DNA from: Gemmatimonadota bacterium
Lineage (GTDB): Bacteria > JBHIER01 > G020348925
Direction: 5' to 3'
Length of the DNA: 64,000 bases
NCBI GenBank assembly: GCA_020348925.1
Contig: CP070758.1
Span: 4,711,775 to 4,775,774 of the forward strand
The first letter of the stretch is position 1. Every line of letters begins with the position of its first letter. Made by a program: the position numbers and the translations under genes. The notes beneath the pieces were generated by a model. The model made no database searches. It was not told the DNA's origin and saw nothing but the letters and a program-made list of their open reading frames with translations. Shown piece by piece: positions 1-11,115 of this stretch.

Positions 1-109
1 GTGCCACCGGGATCATGTGCCCCGGTGCACCCGGTCCACCATGAACGACGGCTACGGTAAAAGGTTTTTGTCCATATGTTCTCAAATTTTTCACAGGTGT
101 TTTCAGCAT
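1..109 (-). CDS. Alpha/beta hydrolase (proline iminopeptidase-like), 5' part only; runs off the window
   Basis: Manual translation MLKTPVKNLRTYGQKPFTVAVVHGGPGAPGHMIPVA contains the HGGPG oxyanion motif. Not in the ORF track. Confidence 0.7.
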   Translation of the reverse strand, partial: MLKTPVKNLRTYGQKPFTVAVVHGGPGAPGHMIPVA

Positions 110-204
110 AAAAACCGATTGAAGGATAGTTGTTCGTTATAGGCGATGTTCCTCTTTCTCAAAAAGTATACGACTGTCGGAGTTAGGATATCCTATAAAA
201 AGAA

Positions 205-1521
205 TTATCCCCGAACTGCCCAGCGAAAAATATTGGTCAGCTTCGGTGGTGTGCCCTGCATGAGAATGGCCACCCGGAAGATGCGTCCCCCCGCCCAGAC
301 AAAAAGAAAGGTAAAAAGCAAAACACCAACCAGACCGACATACGGCTGCCAGGCCGGTATCATTTCAGGCGTTCCCAGTCGGAGTACCATCAGCGTCGGT
401 GTGAAGAGCGGAATCAGCGACATCCATGTCGAAAAGCCGCTCACCGGTTCCAGCACGACGGGAAAGTAAATAAACATGGGAACGATGGCCGGTAGTATCG
501 ACGGAAAGGTCAGGGATTGAGCATCCTTCGCCTCACTGCACACCGATCCCAGAGCCGCGGCCATGGCACCGAACATGATGATGGCCATGAGCATATAGGC
601 GAAAAACCAGGGCAGGACATGAAAGGGAATATACTCCTCGAATCCCATCGAGCGCACAACAAAAATCCCACCGATAACATAAACGGCTGAACTCGTGAGG
701 GAAACACCGACGCCCCCGAGCAATTTCCCCATCATGAATTCGAAGGGCTTGATCGAGCCGAGCAGCACTTCCGCAATGCGCTGTGTCTTCTCCTCCATGA
801 CGGAATGGAGCATCCCCGGGACACTCATCATAATCATCAGAAAAAGAAGCATCATGAGGATGATGGGAATCAATATGGCTTCGAATTCACTGGCCCGCTT
901 GGCCTCCTGAATATCCCCCGTCGCTTCGTCCACGGTAACGAGACCCAAGCCATCCACATTCACCCAGTAAAACAGATCTTCGACTTCCGACTCATCAATA
1001 CCCGCATCCGCCAGTCTCAGCTTGCGCAGATGATTATTGATGGGCCAGGACATCCACTGGCGGACGTTGTCCATGGCCGCATTCTTCGCATAATACGAGA
1101 TGCGGGACGCTTCGCTCTTCTCGCCGGGATGAATCACGTCAGGGCCAATTTCGACAAAGGCGTGAAAATCAACGTTCCGTACCCGGTCCGAAAGCTCCAG
1201 TCGCTGGGCCCTCGGATCCTCATCATCAGGCTCCACCATTTCGAAATAATAAGCCGGCTTGATCTTCTTACCTGTTTCAGCCTGATAGATTTCTTCTTTG
1301 TTTCGATGCTCCGCCGCTTCGATCAGAGCTTCCGCTAAAACACCACTCCGATCGATAATGACGACCGTCTTGTCCTTCGTATCGACCCGGTCCTTCAGAA
1401 GGGCGAAGGCGATGAGACTGCCACCCATCACCAAAGGCGCCAGAACGAGGCCGATGATGAAGCCTTTGGTCCTCACCGCCGCTTTGTATTCCCGCGTCGC
1501 GAGTTTTAACGTTTTACGCAT
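205..1521 (-). CDS. ABC-2 type transporter permease (NatB/YhaP-like)
   Basis: N-terminal TM helix, large extracytoplasmic loop, EEKTQRIAEVLL motif, C-terminal TM bundle. Directly follows the ATPase gene; ATG at 1521 chosen. Confidence 0.9.
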   Translation of the reverse strand: MRKTLKLATREYKAAVRTKGFIIGLVLAPLVMGGSLIAFALLKDRVDTKDKTVVIIDRSGVLAEALIEAAEHRNKEEIYQAETGKKIKPAYYFEMVEPDDEDPRAQRLELSDRVRNVDFHAFVEIGPDVIHPGEKSEASRISYYAKNAAMDNVRQWMSWPINNHLRKLRLADAGIDESEVEDLFYWVNVDGLGLVTVDEATGDIQEAKRASEFEAILIPIILMMLLFLMIMMSVPGMLHSVMEEKTQRIAEVLLGSIKPFEFMMGKLLGGVGVSLTSSAVYVIGGIFVVRSMGFEEYIPFHVLPWFFAYMLMAIIMFGAMAAALGSVCSEAKDAQSLTFPSILPAIVPMFIYFPVVLEPVSGFSTWMSLIPLFTPTLMVLRLGTPEMIPAWQPYVGLVGVLLFTFLFVWAGGRIFRVAILMQGTPPKLTNIFRWAVRG

Positions 1522-1522
1522 T

Positions 1523-2425
1523 TCAAGTCCCACCTGCTTCCGGACCGGCTATCCGAACAAAGATATCGTGCAGCGAAGGTTTGACGATGTCGAAGCTGCT
1601 GACGCGGGTCCGGAGCATTATCTCAGAAAGAATTCGATGCGGATCACTCCCCGCTCTCATGCGCACCTCCTGCATCTGACCGAAGTCGTTCACTTTCTCG
1701 ACACCAGCAATATCCTGCAGGATACAAGCACCCTTTTCGGCCCGAACGCGGATGGTATCACTCCCATAGGTATCCTGGATTGAAGACAATGTCCCATCCA
1801 GAACCTTATTGCCCTTGAAGATCATGAAAATAAAGTCGCACATCTTTTCAGCCATGCTCATATCGTGCGTGCTGAATATCACCGTCGCACCTTGGGCCTG
1901 GAACTCCAGGATGGCGTCTTTGATGACGTCGGTATTCACCGGATCGAGGCCTGTAAAAGGCTCGTCCAGTAAAACCAGTTCCGGTTGGCCAACAACAGTA
2001 GCGATGAATTGGACTTTCTGGCTCATACCCTTACTGAGGGTCTCAATCTTTTTGTCGGCCCAATCATTCAGATCCAGTCTTTCCAGCCACTGATCGACTT
2101 GTGCACGAACATTCTTTCCGTTCTTGAGCTCACCGAAAAATTGTAAGAGATCGCGAACCTTCATCCGTTTGTACAATCCCCGCTCCTCCGGCATGTACCC
2201 TATACGGTCTATACCTGGCCGACTGATCGGCTCATCAAATATCCGGATTTCACCCGAGTCCGGATAGAGAATATTCATAATCATGCGGAGCGTCGTCGTC
2301 TTGCCTGAACCGTTGGGACCGATGAATCCATACACGCTGCCTTTCGGTACGGAGAGCGTTAAATTATTGACGGCGACGTGTCCGTTAAAACTCTTGATAA
2401 CATCTTTGAGCTCGATGGCTTTCAT
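1523..2425 (-). CDS. ABC transporter ATP-binding protein (NatA/YhaQ-like)
   Basis: Walker A GPNGSGKTT, signature LSKGM, Walker B LLDEP, H-loop STH. Confidence 0.95.
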   Translation of the reverse strand: MKAIELKDVIKSFNGHVAVNNLTLSVPKGSVYGFIGPNGSGKTTTLRMIMNILYPDSGEIRIFDEPISRPGIDRIGYMPEERGLYKRMKVRDLLQFFGELKNGKNVRAQVDQWLERLDLNDWADKKIETLSKGMSQKVQFIATVVGQPELVLLDEPFTGLDPVNTDVIKDAILEFQAQGATVIFSTHDMSMAEKMCDFIFMIFKGNKVLDGTLSSIQDTYGSDTIRVRAEKGACILQDIAGVEKVNDFGQMQEVRMRAGSDPHRILSEIMLRTRVSSFDIVKPSLHDIFVRIAGPEAGGT

Positions 2426-2627
2426 ACGGTCTTTCCGTTTCGTTTACGCGTTTTTCTCGGCTGAAATACCAGTAGAACATTTTTCATATCCCCTAATAGT
2501 AACAAATTCGACCGGTATTGTTTCAGGGAGTTTATATTTCAACTGGATTTTATGTATACACAGGAAACCCACAACCTGCAACCGTAGACATAGCAGCCGG
2601 ATACTTTGTTTACCGTGAGGAGGTGAG

Positions 2628-4519
2628 TCACCGAACGTCATTCTCCGTCGCCGGTCGAAAGCGGATCGCCTGCCCACCACCCGGTGCCAGGCGGAGGGTG
2701 AGCATGGTACCATTATCAACCAGCCTCTCTTCGATCTCAATATCGTAAGGATTGGTGATCCAATCGGCCAGAGCTCCGTCCCGGTATATCTCGGCCACGT
2801 ACTTCCTGGCAGGATCGAGAAATTGAAGCGGCGCTTCCAGCACACGGCCCTCCTCATCGGTGATGCTGCCCAGGTACCAGTCCTCACTGTTGCGGTCCTG
2901 CCTGACAACGGTCACGTAGTCACCGATCCGGCTGTGCAGCACCTTCGTGTTCTGCCAGTCCGTCGGTACGTCCACGATGAACTGGAAGGGCTCGAGGTTG
3001 GCCTCGTAGTTTTCGGGCAGGTCGGCGGCCATGTGGAGCGGGCTGTAGAGCACCACGTACAGGGCCAGTTGCTTAGCCAGGGTGGTATTGACCCGGTTGT
3101 CCGGCCGATTCGCCTCCTCAAAATGGAGGTCGAAAATGCCCGGTGTAAAGTCCATGGGGCCACCAAGGAACCGCGTAAAGGGCAGGATCGTCGTGTGCTC
3201 CGGGGGATTGCCGCCGTCCCCGCTCCAGGCGTTGAACTCCTGGCCGCGAGACCCCTCCCTCGTCATCATATTCGGATACGTGCGCCGGATGCCGGTGTCC
3301 TTGATCGGCTCGTGGACATTGAGCATGATGTGATGTTTCGCTGCTTCCTCGACCGCCTTGCGGTAGTACCTCACCATGAACTGTCCGTGGTGCCACTCCC
3401 CCTGTTCCTCACCCTTCTCATCGATGCGTTTGATCTCACGATCGTGGGCGACGTAGCCGCTCTTCACAATCCGCACTCCTAATCGCTCGTAATACGCATA
3501 GGCATCGGTCATCTGCCGATCGTAATTATTTATGCCCCCACCTGTTTCATGATGGCCGATCAATTCAACGTTTTTCTCGGAAGCGTATCGGACCACGTCG
3601 TTGATGTCAAAATCCTCATGCGGTTCGGTGAACCGGAACTTGTCACTGTTCTTGATCCAGTCGCCGTCCCAGCCCACGTTCCAGCCCTCGACCAATACGC
3701 CGTCGAAGCCATACTTGGCTGCAAAGTCGATATAGCGCTTGGCGTTTTCCGTGGTCGCCCCGTGTGTGGGGCCAGATCCCCAGGTCGATATGCCCAGATG
3801 CATCTCCCACCAGATACCGACGTACTTGCCCGGCTTGATCCAGGAAACATCGTCGAGTTTATTGGGTTCGTTCAGATTCAGGATGAGATACGAAGTGATG
3901 AGTCCGCCGGGTGTATCGGCGATCTGGATCGTCCGCCAGGGTGTTACCATCGGGGCAGACGTTTTGACCCTCACCCCGTCGGACCAGGGGACAAGGTCGG
4001 CTTTGAGCGTGCAGTCACCTCTGCGTTCCAGGGTCATACTGGCGAAATCGGTCAGGGCGGCTTCGTGAAAACTCAAGAACAACCCGTCCTCAGTCTCCAT
4101 GGTGACCGGCGTGTGTACCGTATCCATGGTGCTGACCGGCGATCGCCGGTAGAGGTACTCGTACCGGTTCCACCAGTAAGCCGGGATCCACCAGGCTTCG
4201 TGATCCCCGGTCAGGGCAAACTCCGTCAGCTCGTCCATGATCTCGAAATCCGTAAGCTGCGGCTGCTCGGGAATCTCGTAACGGAAACCGAGACCATCGT
4301 CGTAAACTCGAAAGACCACCGTCATCTTCCGGGACGGTTTGGATGGCTCCACGAGATTGAGCCGAAGCTCGTTGTAGTGATTGCGAATATCCTTCTTCTC
4401 CCCCCACGGTTGCGTCCACGTCTCATCGACAGAGTTTGTCTCCTTGGAGGCGACAACAAAATCATAAGCCAGAGGTGGCTCGTTTTTCAGGATGAAACCG
4501 AGCCTGGAAGTCTTGATTA
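2628..4519 (-). CDS. Glycoside hydrolase family 97 (SusB-like alpha-glucosidase), 5' end lost in gap
   Basis: GH97 motifs KPGKYVGIWWEMH, VLVEGWNVGW, GHHETGG, RTYPNMMTREGSRGQE, GPMDFTPG. Confidence 0.95.
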
Positions 4520-4619
4520 NNNNNNNNNNNNNNNNNNNNNNNNNNNNNNNNNNNNNNNNNNNNNNNNNNNNNNNNNNNNNNNNNNNNNNNNNNNNNNNNN
4601 NNNNNNNNNNNNNNNNNNN
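4520..4619. other. Assembly gap (100 N)
   Basis: Run of N. Confidence 1.
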
Positions 4620-4688
4620 CGTATGAGGTAGTCCCTCACGTACGGATCTGTGCGGGGGGTGCCGGGCAACCGGCATTCCTACCGCGAC
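4620..4688 (+). mobile_element. 3' end of a group II intron (domains V and VI)
   Basis: CGTATGAG-GTAGTCC-CTCA-CG-TACGG folds as domain V with a 2-nt bulge (AGC triad falls in the gap). GCGG-GGGGTGCCGG-GCAA-CCGGCATTCCT-A-CCGC-GAC folds as domain VI with bulged A at 4681 and a terminal AC. Confidence 0.85.
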
Positions 4689-5004
4689 TCAAATGCCATT
4701 TTCGCAAGAGCTATCCATTCGTCAGAATAGTATTTCATGAATGAATCAGTTTAGAAGATTAGGGATGAGAATGTGACTTATTACTTGGGTGTTACATAAC
4801 TTGCAACTCAGGATGTCATTCTGATTAGATTGACGATTCTGGTCTGAAAACGGTCGTTTTAAGGTGGAAAATAAAGCAGTTTTTTTGTCTTAATACCATC
4901 AGCTCTATATGCTTGATTTGGTCCGACCCTAGTGGGCTACTTTCAGTCAAAAATCTATTAGACACCATTTTTAGGACGGCACCGAATTTTTTTGTCTTTT
5001 CTCC

Positions 5005-7413
5005 CTATTCGTATCGTAAGTCATCGACAGGATTTGTGCGCGCAATTTTAAGCGATTGGTAACTTACTGTAATCCACGCAATGAATAAAGCAATAAGGCC
5101 AGATAAAACAAATATCCCCACATTAATATCAACATGATAAGCAAACAATTGCAACCATTTGTCCATAAAATAATAAGCAACCGGCCATGCAATGATGTTG
5201 GCGATCAGTACCCATCGTGTAAATTCTTTTGATAACGAGAATAGTATTCCTGATACAGAAGCACCCATTACCTTACGGATGCCGACTTCCTTCCTCCGTT
5301 TTTCCGTCATGTACGCAGCAAGTCCGAATAATCCAAGGCACGAAATAATGATGGCAATAAATGAGAATGAAGTAAAGATTGTATTCATCTGCTCTTCGGA
5401 TTTATAGAGATTGTCAAACGATTCATCCAAAAAGGCGTAATTATACGGTTGATCGGGAAACAGGCTTTCCCATTTTTCTCTCAATCTCGATACAGTTTCT
5501 GAGATCGCACTCCCCGAGAGCTTTACTGCTATGACACTGAATCCCGATTGATTATTGAAAATGACAAGGGGTGTAATTTTCTTGCGCAGTGACAATGAAT
5601 GAAAATCTTTGACAACACCGACAATTCTCTTCTGAAATTCAGTGGGTTGTCCATCGGATCCCCGGCCGCGTATGAAAATTGATTTTCCGATAGGATCATT
5701 CCAGCCCAACTGTTTCGCTGTCGTTTCGTTGATCAAAACGGCCTCGACATGATCAGTCGGTATTGTTGTAGAAAAATTTCTCCCCTTCATAATCTCAATG
5801 CCAAGTGTTGGCAACAAATTCGGCTCTATACTAAAATGTTGCATCAAAATGGATTCATCATCCGTCCGACCCTCAGGCCGGAAGTTTCTCATGTCGAATC
5901 CCGTCCCAGGCACGTTTGACGAAAATCCGACATTCATGACCCCTGGTATGGATGAAAGTTCATGCCGGAGAGAATGTACCGACCAATTTTGAGAATCATT
6001 TGGATACGGCAATGTCAAAACTTGATCCTTATTGAATCCGAGATGTTTATTTCTTACAAACTGGAGTTGGTCATAAATAATCAGCGTCCCGACAATCAAA
6101 GCGATCGAAATACTAAACTGACCGACAACAAGAATCCGCCTGAACACTGAACTTGCAGCTCCCATCTTCAGGTGACCCTTTAAAGTTTTCACAGGCTGGA
6201 ATGACGAAAGGAAAATGGCGGGATATGCTCCTGCAAACACACCGATTCCCAGAACAGAGAACATTAAAACAAAGAGGAACTGTGGCTGTAGGAACAACCA
6301 ATAACTTAATTCCTGTCCTGTCATCGATTTCAACGCTGGAAGCAACATCAAGACAAATAAATAGCCGAGTATGACTGCGAAGAAGGTGACAAGAATCGTC
6401 TCCCCCAGAAACTGCTGGACAAGAGAATTTCTTGAAGCACCGAGAGTTTTGCGCAGCCCGACTTCGAGGGCCCGACTGGAATAGCGAGCTGTCGAAAGAT
6501 TGACAAAATTAATGCACCCAATCAAGAGCATAAAGAGAGCAACTCCTGAAAAGATGTACACATACATTATATTTCCGATTTTTGCCGGGTCATCCTCAAA
6601 ATTCGAATAGAGGTGGATTTTCGAAAGGGGTTGTAATCCTATCCTGAATGTTGCTCCTACCTTTTCAATTCTGGAGCCCAGATTTTCATACACCACAGGT
6701 TCGAATTTCTTCTCCAACGTTTTGAAATCGACGCCAGGGGCAGTGAGTATGTACGTGGTTTGCTCCATCCATCCCCATGAACTTGCTTCCTGCTCATTCC
6801 AGATGATCCATGTTTCATAGGAGCAGAGGATGTCAAAAGTGAAATGGGAATTGGGGGGAATATCTTTCATGACGCCTGTCACCGTGTAGACGCGTCCGTC
6901 GCTGAACCTGAGCGATTTTCCCAGAGGATCTTCCTCGCCGAAATATTTATGTGCGATCTTTTCGGTCAATACGATCGAATATCTGGTTGTGAGGGCTGTA
7001 GCTGGATCTCCAATGATGAGCGGCAAGGTAAAAACTTCAAAAAAGGAATTATCAGCATAATAGATATTATTTTCCCTGAATTCTATATCTCCATATTTTG
7101 CAGTGATCGCATCAAAGGGCGACATTCTGACCGTATTCTCAATTTCGGGAAAAGCCTGTTGGAGCGCTGGTGCAACCGGAGCACCAACTATGGGTTGTGA
7201 TCGTAAATTTCCTCCCAGTGTCAGGTCGCCATACAAGCGATAGATTCGATCGGCTTTTTGGTGAAACCCGTCATAGCTTACCTCGTTGTGGACCCATACC
7301 ATGATGAGAATGCAACAGGCGATTCCTACGGCAAGTCCAAAAATATTGATGAATGAATACCCCTTTTGACGGACAATATTTCGAATAGCAACTTTCAAGT
7401 AATTTTGAAACAT
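5005..7413 (-). CDS. ABC transporter permease, duplicated MacB-periplasmic/FtsX domains
   Basis: MFQNYLKVAIRNI start, INFVNLSTAR, EVGLRKTLGA and EVGIRKVMGAS, terminal NPVDDLRYE. Confidence 0.92.
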   Translation of the reverse strand: MFQNYLKVAIRNIVRQKGYSFINIFGLAVGIACCILIMVWVHNEVSYDGFHQKADRIYRLYGDLTLGGNLRSQPIVGAPVAPALQQAFPEIENTVRMSPFDAITAKYGDIEFRENNIYYADNSFFEVFTLPLIIGDPATALTTRYSIVLTEKIAHKYFGEEDPLGKSLRFSDGRVYTVTGVMKDIPPNSHFTFDILCSYETWIIWNEQEASSWGWMEQTTYILTAPGVDFKTLEKKFEPVVYENLGSRIEKVGATFRIGLQPLSKIHLYSNFEDDPAKIGNIMYVYIFSGVALFMLLIGCINFVNLSTARYSSRALEVGLRKTLGASRNSLVQQFLGETILVTFFAVILGYLFVLMLLPALKSMTGQELSYWLFLQPQFLFVLMFSVLGIGVFAGAYPAIFLSSFQPVKTLKGHLKMGAASSVFRRILVVGQFSISIALIVGTLIIYDQLQFVRNKHLGFNKDQVLTLPYPNDSQNWSVHSLRHELSSIPGVMNVGFSSNVPGTGFDMRNFRPEGRTDDESILMQHFSIEPNLLPTLGIEIMKGRNFSTTIPTDHVEAVLINETTAKQLGWNDPIGKSIFIRGRGSDGQPTEFQKRIVGVVKDFHSLSLRKKITPLVIFNNQSGFSVIAVKLSGSAISETVSRLREKWESLFPDQPYNYAFLDESFDNLYKSEEQMNTIFTSFSFIAIIISCLGLFGLAAYMTEKRRKEVGIRKVMGASVSGILFSLSKEFTRWVLIANIIAWPVAYYFMDKWLQLFAYHVDINVGIFVLSGLIALFIAWITVSYQSLKIARTNPVDDLRYE

Positions 7414-7821
7414 GGTACTGGTTCCTTCCCTTCACTGTACTATTCATATTTCACGTCCAATTCTGCCGTCTGTCGGCTGAATGATTCTCATGCCAAAAGA
7501 CGTATTTTTTTCATAATTTGTTGCATGGATGATGGTCGTTCCTTCTCATGTGGTGTGATTCGAATTTCACATACACATTTGCCAATCGGTTGGGCGGATT
7601 AGAAACCGATATAAAAAATTTCTGGACCAGCCTTGAGATAATTGTAAATCGGGGACACTCCTTGTAATCATTTATAACATAATCACAAATACATTATTTC
7701 ATCAAACGATTACAGAGGTTTGAGAGAAACAAGAGATTTCCAGCCATGCAACAATCTGAAGAAAAAATTTTTGGGGTGGTCTGACCTCCATTTTGCTCCT
7801 TCGCCGTTCAATTGATATTCT

Positions 7822-8808
7822 TCAAAATTGTTTCATTACCGTAATCACTTCATCACGATGAGTGATATAGATTGAATGGCCGGCTCCATCAATTTCGATG
7901 ACCTGCCCGCGATTCATCTTGTCCCGGAATCCTTGACGGGACAATCTATCAATTCTCAAGGCGGCGCGATGGTACGCTTCCATCTGCTTTTGGATGGCAG
8001 AGTCCCGTGAAGCATAATCAAGAAACAATTCGGTTATTGGGTAGTTGATGCCATAAATCGCCAGAGCGGGGACATCGAGCCCGAGGTAGTCGGGATCGGT
8101 CAGGCTCTCACGAATTGCACTATATATCCACCCCGGAGTGATCCCGCCTTGGAACCGGCCGGTGGAATCCCATGAATTCAACGCCTCAATTTCCGAGAGC
8201 GGCATGACGACACCGTTGACCCGGGTATAATAATCACGAAATCTTTCCGCACTGCTGAAATCATCATCGGACGGCTCGGGACGTATCGATTCGGGCTGCG
8301 GATAGTTCTGGAGCGAATCCGCAGCCGATTTGCGGTTGTAAGCGGCCTCAATATAGATGAGTCCTGATAGTCTCTCAGAGTACTTTCGGGCGAACAGCGT
8401 CATTTCGTCGCCGCCCAAAGAATGGCCGGCGAGAACTGCCTTTTTGATATTCAGGCTATCCATGACGGCTTTGATATCGGCCACAAGCGTATTGATGTCG
8501 TACCCCAAATCGGGTTGTGATGAAGCCCCGAAACCGCGCCGGGTAATACCTATCACGTGACAATCGCCAGTTCATTCCGGAGCGAAATCGTCGAAAACAT
8601 GAGCAGTGTGCCCCAGTCCGGCAAGGAGTATGACCGGAAGGCCTCGACCACCCCAGTCCACGACTTCGAGACTTACACCATCATCGACCGAAACATGCTT
8701 TATGATAAAAGATGGCGACGAACCGCATCCTCCCAAGAATATTATTCCTGATAGAACGGACAAGAGAGCGACAACAGGAAAAACGTGAAGTAGGGTAGAT
8801 TTTGGCAT
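7822..8808 (-). pseudogene. Lipoprotein alpha/beta hydrolase interrupted by one in-frame TGA (8572-8574)
   Basis: The two track ORFs share a frame: ...DDFAPE*TGDCHVIGITRRGFG. Lipobox FLGGC, nucleophile GHSLG, His motif AGHSI. Confidence 0.8.
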
Positions 8809-10313
8809 CAGTTCGATTGTGATTATGTTAGGTGCTTTGCCCGCAGCGCCAGTTCATTCGGTACGGCGCATCTTCATAGACCTTTCCATCGGCCAGGAAC
8901 AAGTAGTCCCTCTGCTGGTTTAAAACGGCGTTAGATCTTCATCCCCGAAACTGGCAGATGAGAAACATTACCTGCAATTTGACTGTACGTTTGGTGCAGA
9001 GGTTTTGAAAATTCTGGAGAAACCGCGGAGGCTCCTTATATGCTGCTGTCATAGAGCGAATAACATATCATTTTTTTTATTCCTTTCTTTTTCAATATCC
9101 AGATATTTCTTCACCAAGGCTACACTGAGTTCCAAGGTCTGAGCTATCTCCTCCTGATTCATCTTCCGGCTGAGTTTTTACCACTGGTCGAGTCGGACCA
9201 AGCTACCACATTGATGTTCAAGAAATAAGGTTAGAAAAGTTGTTTCTTGGTGACTTAGCCGGCATTTTCGGGATTGAAACTGTAGAATTAGACAATGGCA
9301 GATTCCAGTTCTCTAGATAGTCAAGTGATTTCTGCTATATTTGGAGAAATCTAATAACACTGTTTAAAATCTGCCTCATATCCTATCTCTCTGTTTATTG
9401 TAATCTATTATAAAGCGCACCCAGGAGAAAAATGTCCGCCACTAACTCCTCATTATCCAGTCCCACCTTTTATACCCTTTTATAAGCCATACGTCATCCC
9501 CTGGAAAGCTCATTCTCATTTCCATCGATACGAAACCGCAGAGTTAATTTGTTAATCCGAGGGGCAGTCCATCAAGGGTTGCCCCTCTCTATTTCTATCC
9601 AGAGAGGAGGTGATTCTTGTGCATCTATGGCCAATTGATTCATCGCCGAGTGACAAACTTAACCCTGTCCGATGCAGTTGATATCAGGAAATGAAAAACG
9701 AAAGTCAAGCAAAATTTCAGACCTCTTTCAAGCGGTTATCAATCGTTTTATGAAAAAGAATAATTGAAATTAGATGAGTGAAAATCAGCTTCATTGAGTC
9801 GGTGTGTCTGAAATCCTCCCAATTTTAGAGCGTGAGGACGTCAATGAATTTTGTCAATTCCGTCGGAAACATACATTCGTATGTCGTGGAATGAAAATGT
9901 ATGGTCTTTATATTTTGCACTTTTAGGTTGAGTCTGTTGGAAGCGGGGAATTCATTTTTTCTCAAAGGAAATCAAGCAGTTCAAGTATCGATTACTGAAT
10001 CCCCTCATAATATTCCTGACATACGAAAACTCCATCGGAAATGAATTATGAGATCCTGAGGATTATCTTGGCAGAAGATTTTATTGAGTTCTGCTGAATC
10101 AACGGAGTCCTGATGTTTCCATTGGAACACTGTCCGGTTGTGCCAAATTTTGTTCGTCTGGGTTTTAAGAAGAGAGGACGAAAAGAGTGATGGCGCTGGT
10201 GGAATCATGAAAAAACTCTTGATTGGACGGAGGGAAAATCATTACTTTTGTATACAGATCGAAAAAGTTAACGAACGGCGGATCAGTAATAGGGGAAGGA
10301 GGTGAAGAATATC

Positions 10314-10400
10314 GTGGATTTTGGAAGCTTGTTTGATGTGGTGATGTTCTGGGTTACGGCATGGGCGTTATTCTTCTGGTGTTGCCGCAGGCCTACGTAA
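10314..10400 (+). CDS. Putative 28-aa single-pass membrane peptide
   Basis: SD AAGGAGGTGA (10296-10305) 8 nt before GTG; translation MDFGSLFDVVMFWVTAWALFFWCCRRPT; followed by a terminator hairpin. Confidence 0.5.
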   Translation: MDFGSLFDVVMFWVTAWALFFWCCRRPT

Positions 10401-10420
10401 AATTGAAAGATTGAAAGCAG

Positions 10421-10465
10421 AGGGGTTCAACGGGTTCTCTCAAAGGCCGGTTGAACCCCTTTTTC
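10421..10465 (+). terminator. Intrinsic terminator, possibly bidirectional
   Basis: Stem AGGGGTTCAAC / GTTGAACCCCT followed by TTTT, between the small ORF and the convergent dsrH-like gene. Confidence 0.7.
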
Positions 10466-10478
10466 ATAGTGGGATTTT

Positions 10479-10736
10479 TTACCAGACCACGACCGTATCA
10501 TGTTCAAAGAGAAGTTTTACCATTTCATCGTAGGCGATGGTACGCATGTCGGACTGGATACCCGCATTGTCTGGAGTATCTGTGAGAATGTATGCTTTGA
10601 CACCAGAAGGTGGTTTGGTGTGAATGCCCTCTTGCATGAGCAGAAGGGAGAGCGCTCCATCGTTCGCCTGGGCTTTGATGCATTCGAGAGCCTTCGCATC
10701 GTCCGGCCTTCGTATGATATGAAGCGTGCTTGGCAT
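10479..10736 (-). CDS. DsrH/TusB-like sulfur relay protein
   Basis: TLHII...LLLMQEGI...IAYDEMVKLLFEHDTVVVW pattern; last gene of the DsrE-family run. Confidence 0.75.
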   Translation of the reverse strand: MPSTLHIIRRPDDAKALECIKAQANDGALSLLLMQEGIHTKPPSGVKAYILTDTPDNAGIQSDMRTIAYDEMVKLLFEHDTVVVW

Positions 10737-10751
10737 GTCTCTCCCCAATAA

Positions 10752-11111
10752 TCAGAACACGAGAACCTTGCTCGATTGTGCGATCAATTTGGAGACATCT
10801 TCGACTGACACTATTTTCACTTCGAAATCCGTCTCTTCAGGACCACCCTCCTGTTGAACGTATGATTCCTCAACGTTGAAAATCATCCCATATTCCAGCA
10901 TGGCATCGAGATGCTGTTCAAAAGTTTCTCCATCTTCAAGGTCCCAGGGATCATGATACAGCAAAGCGGGGGCCGAATCTATCAAAATGATATTGATCTT
11001 CTCCGGCTCACCGCCGCTGAGGCCGATGGCAACCCGTAACGCTTCCGCCGGTCTGTGAGATTCGATGGGATTCGAGCGGATAACGATCGCGATGGGAAGG
11101 TCGTTTTCCAT
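10752..11111 (-). CDS. DsrF/TusC-like (DsrE family) protein
   Basis: IAIVIRSNP...AEALRVAIGL...KVLVF fold pattern; no Cys; lies between dsrE-like and dsrH-like genes. Confidence 0.7.
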   Translation of the reverse strand: MENDLPIAIVIRSNPIESHRPAEALRVAIGLSGGEPEKINIILIDSAPALLYHDPWDLEDGETFEQHLDAMLEYGMIFNVEESYVQQEGGPEETDFEVKIVSVEDVSKLIAQSSKVLVF

Positions 11112-11115
11112 TGTT

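Noticed and set aside
2628-4676. 682-aa ORF spanning the first gap
   Set aside because: Chimera across N; the upstream peptide is the antisense of the group II intron end.
8820-8940. Integron attC-like GTTAGGT and GTTAGAT cores
   Set aside because: No matching inverse core or extended hairpin, and no integrase.
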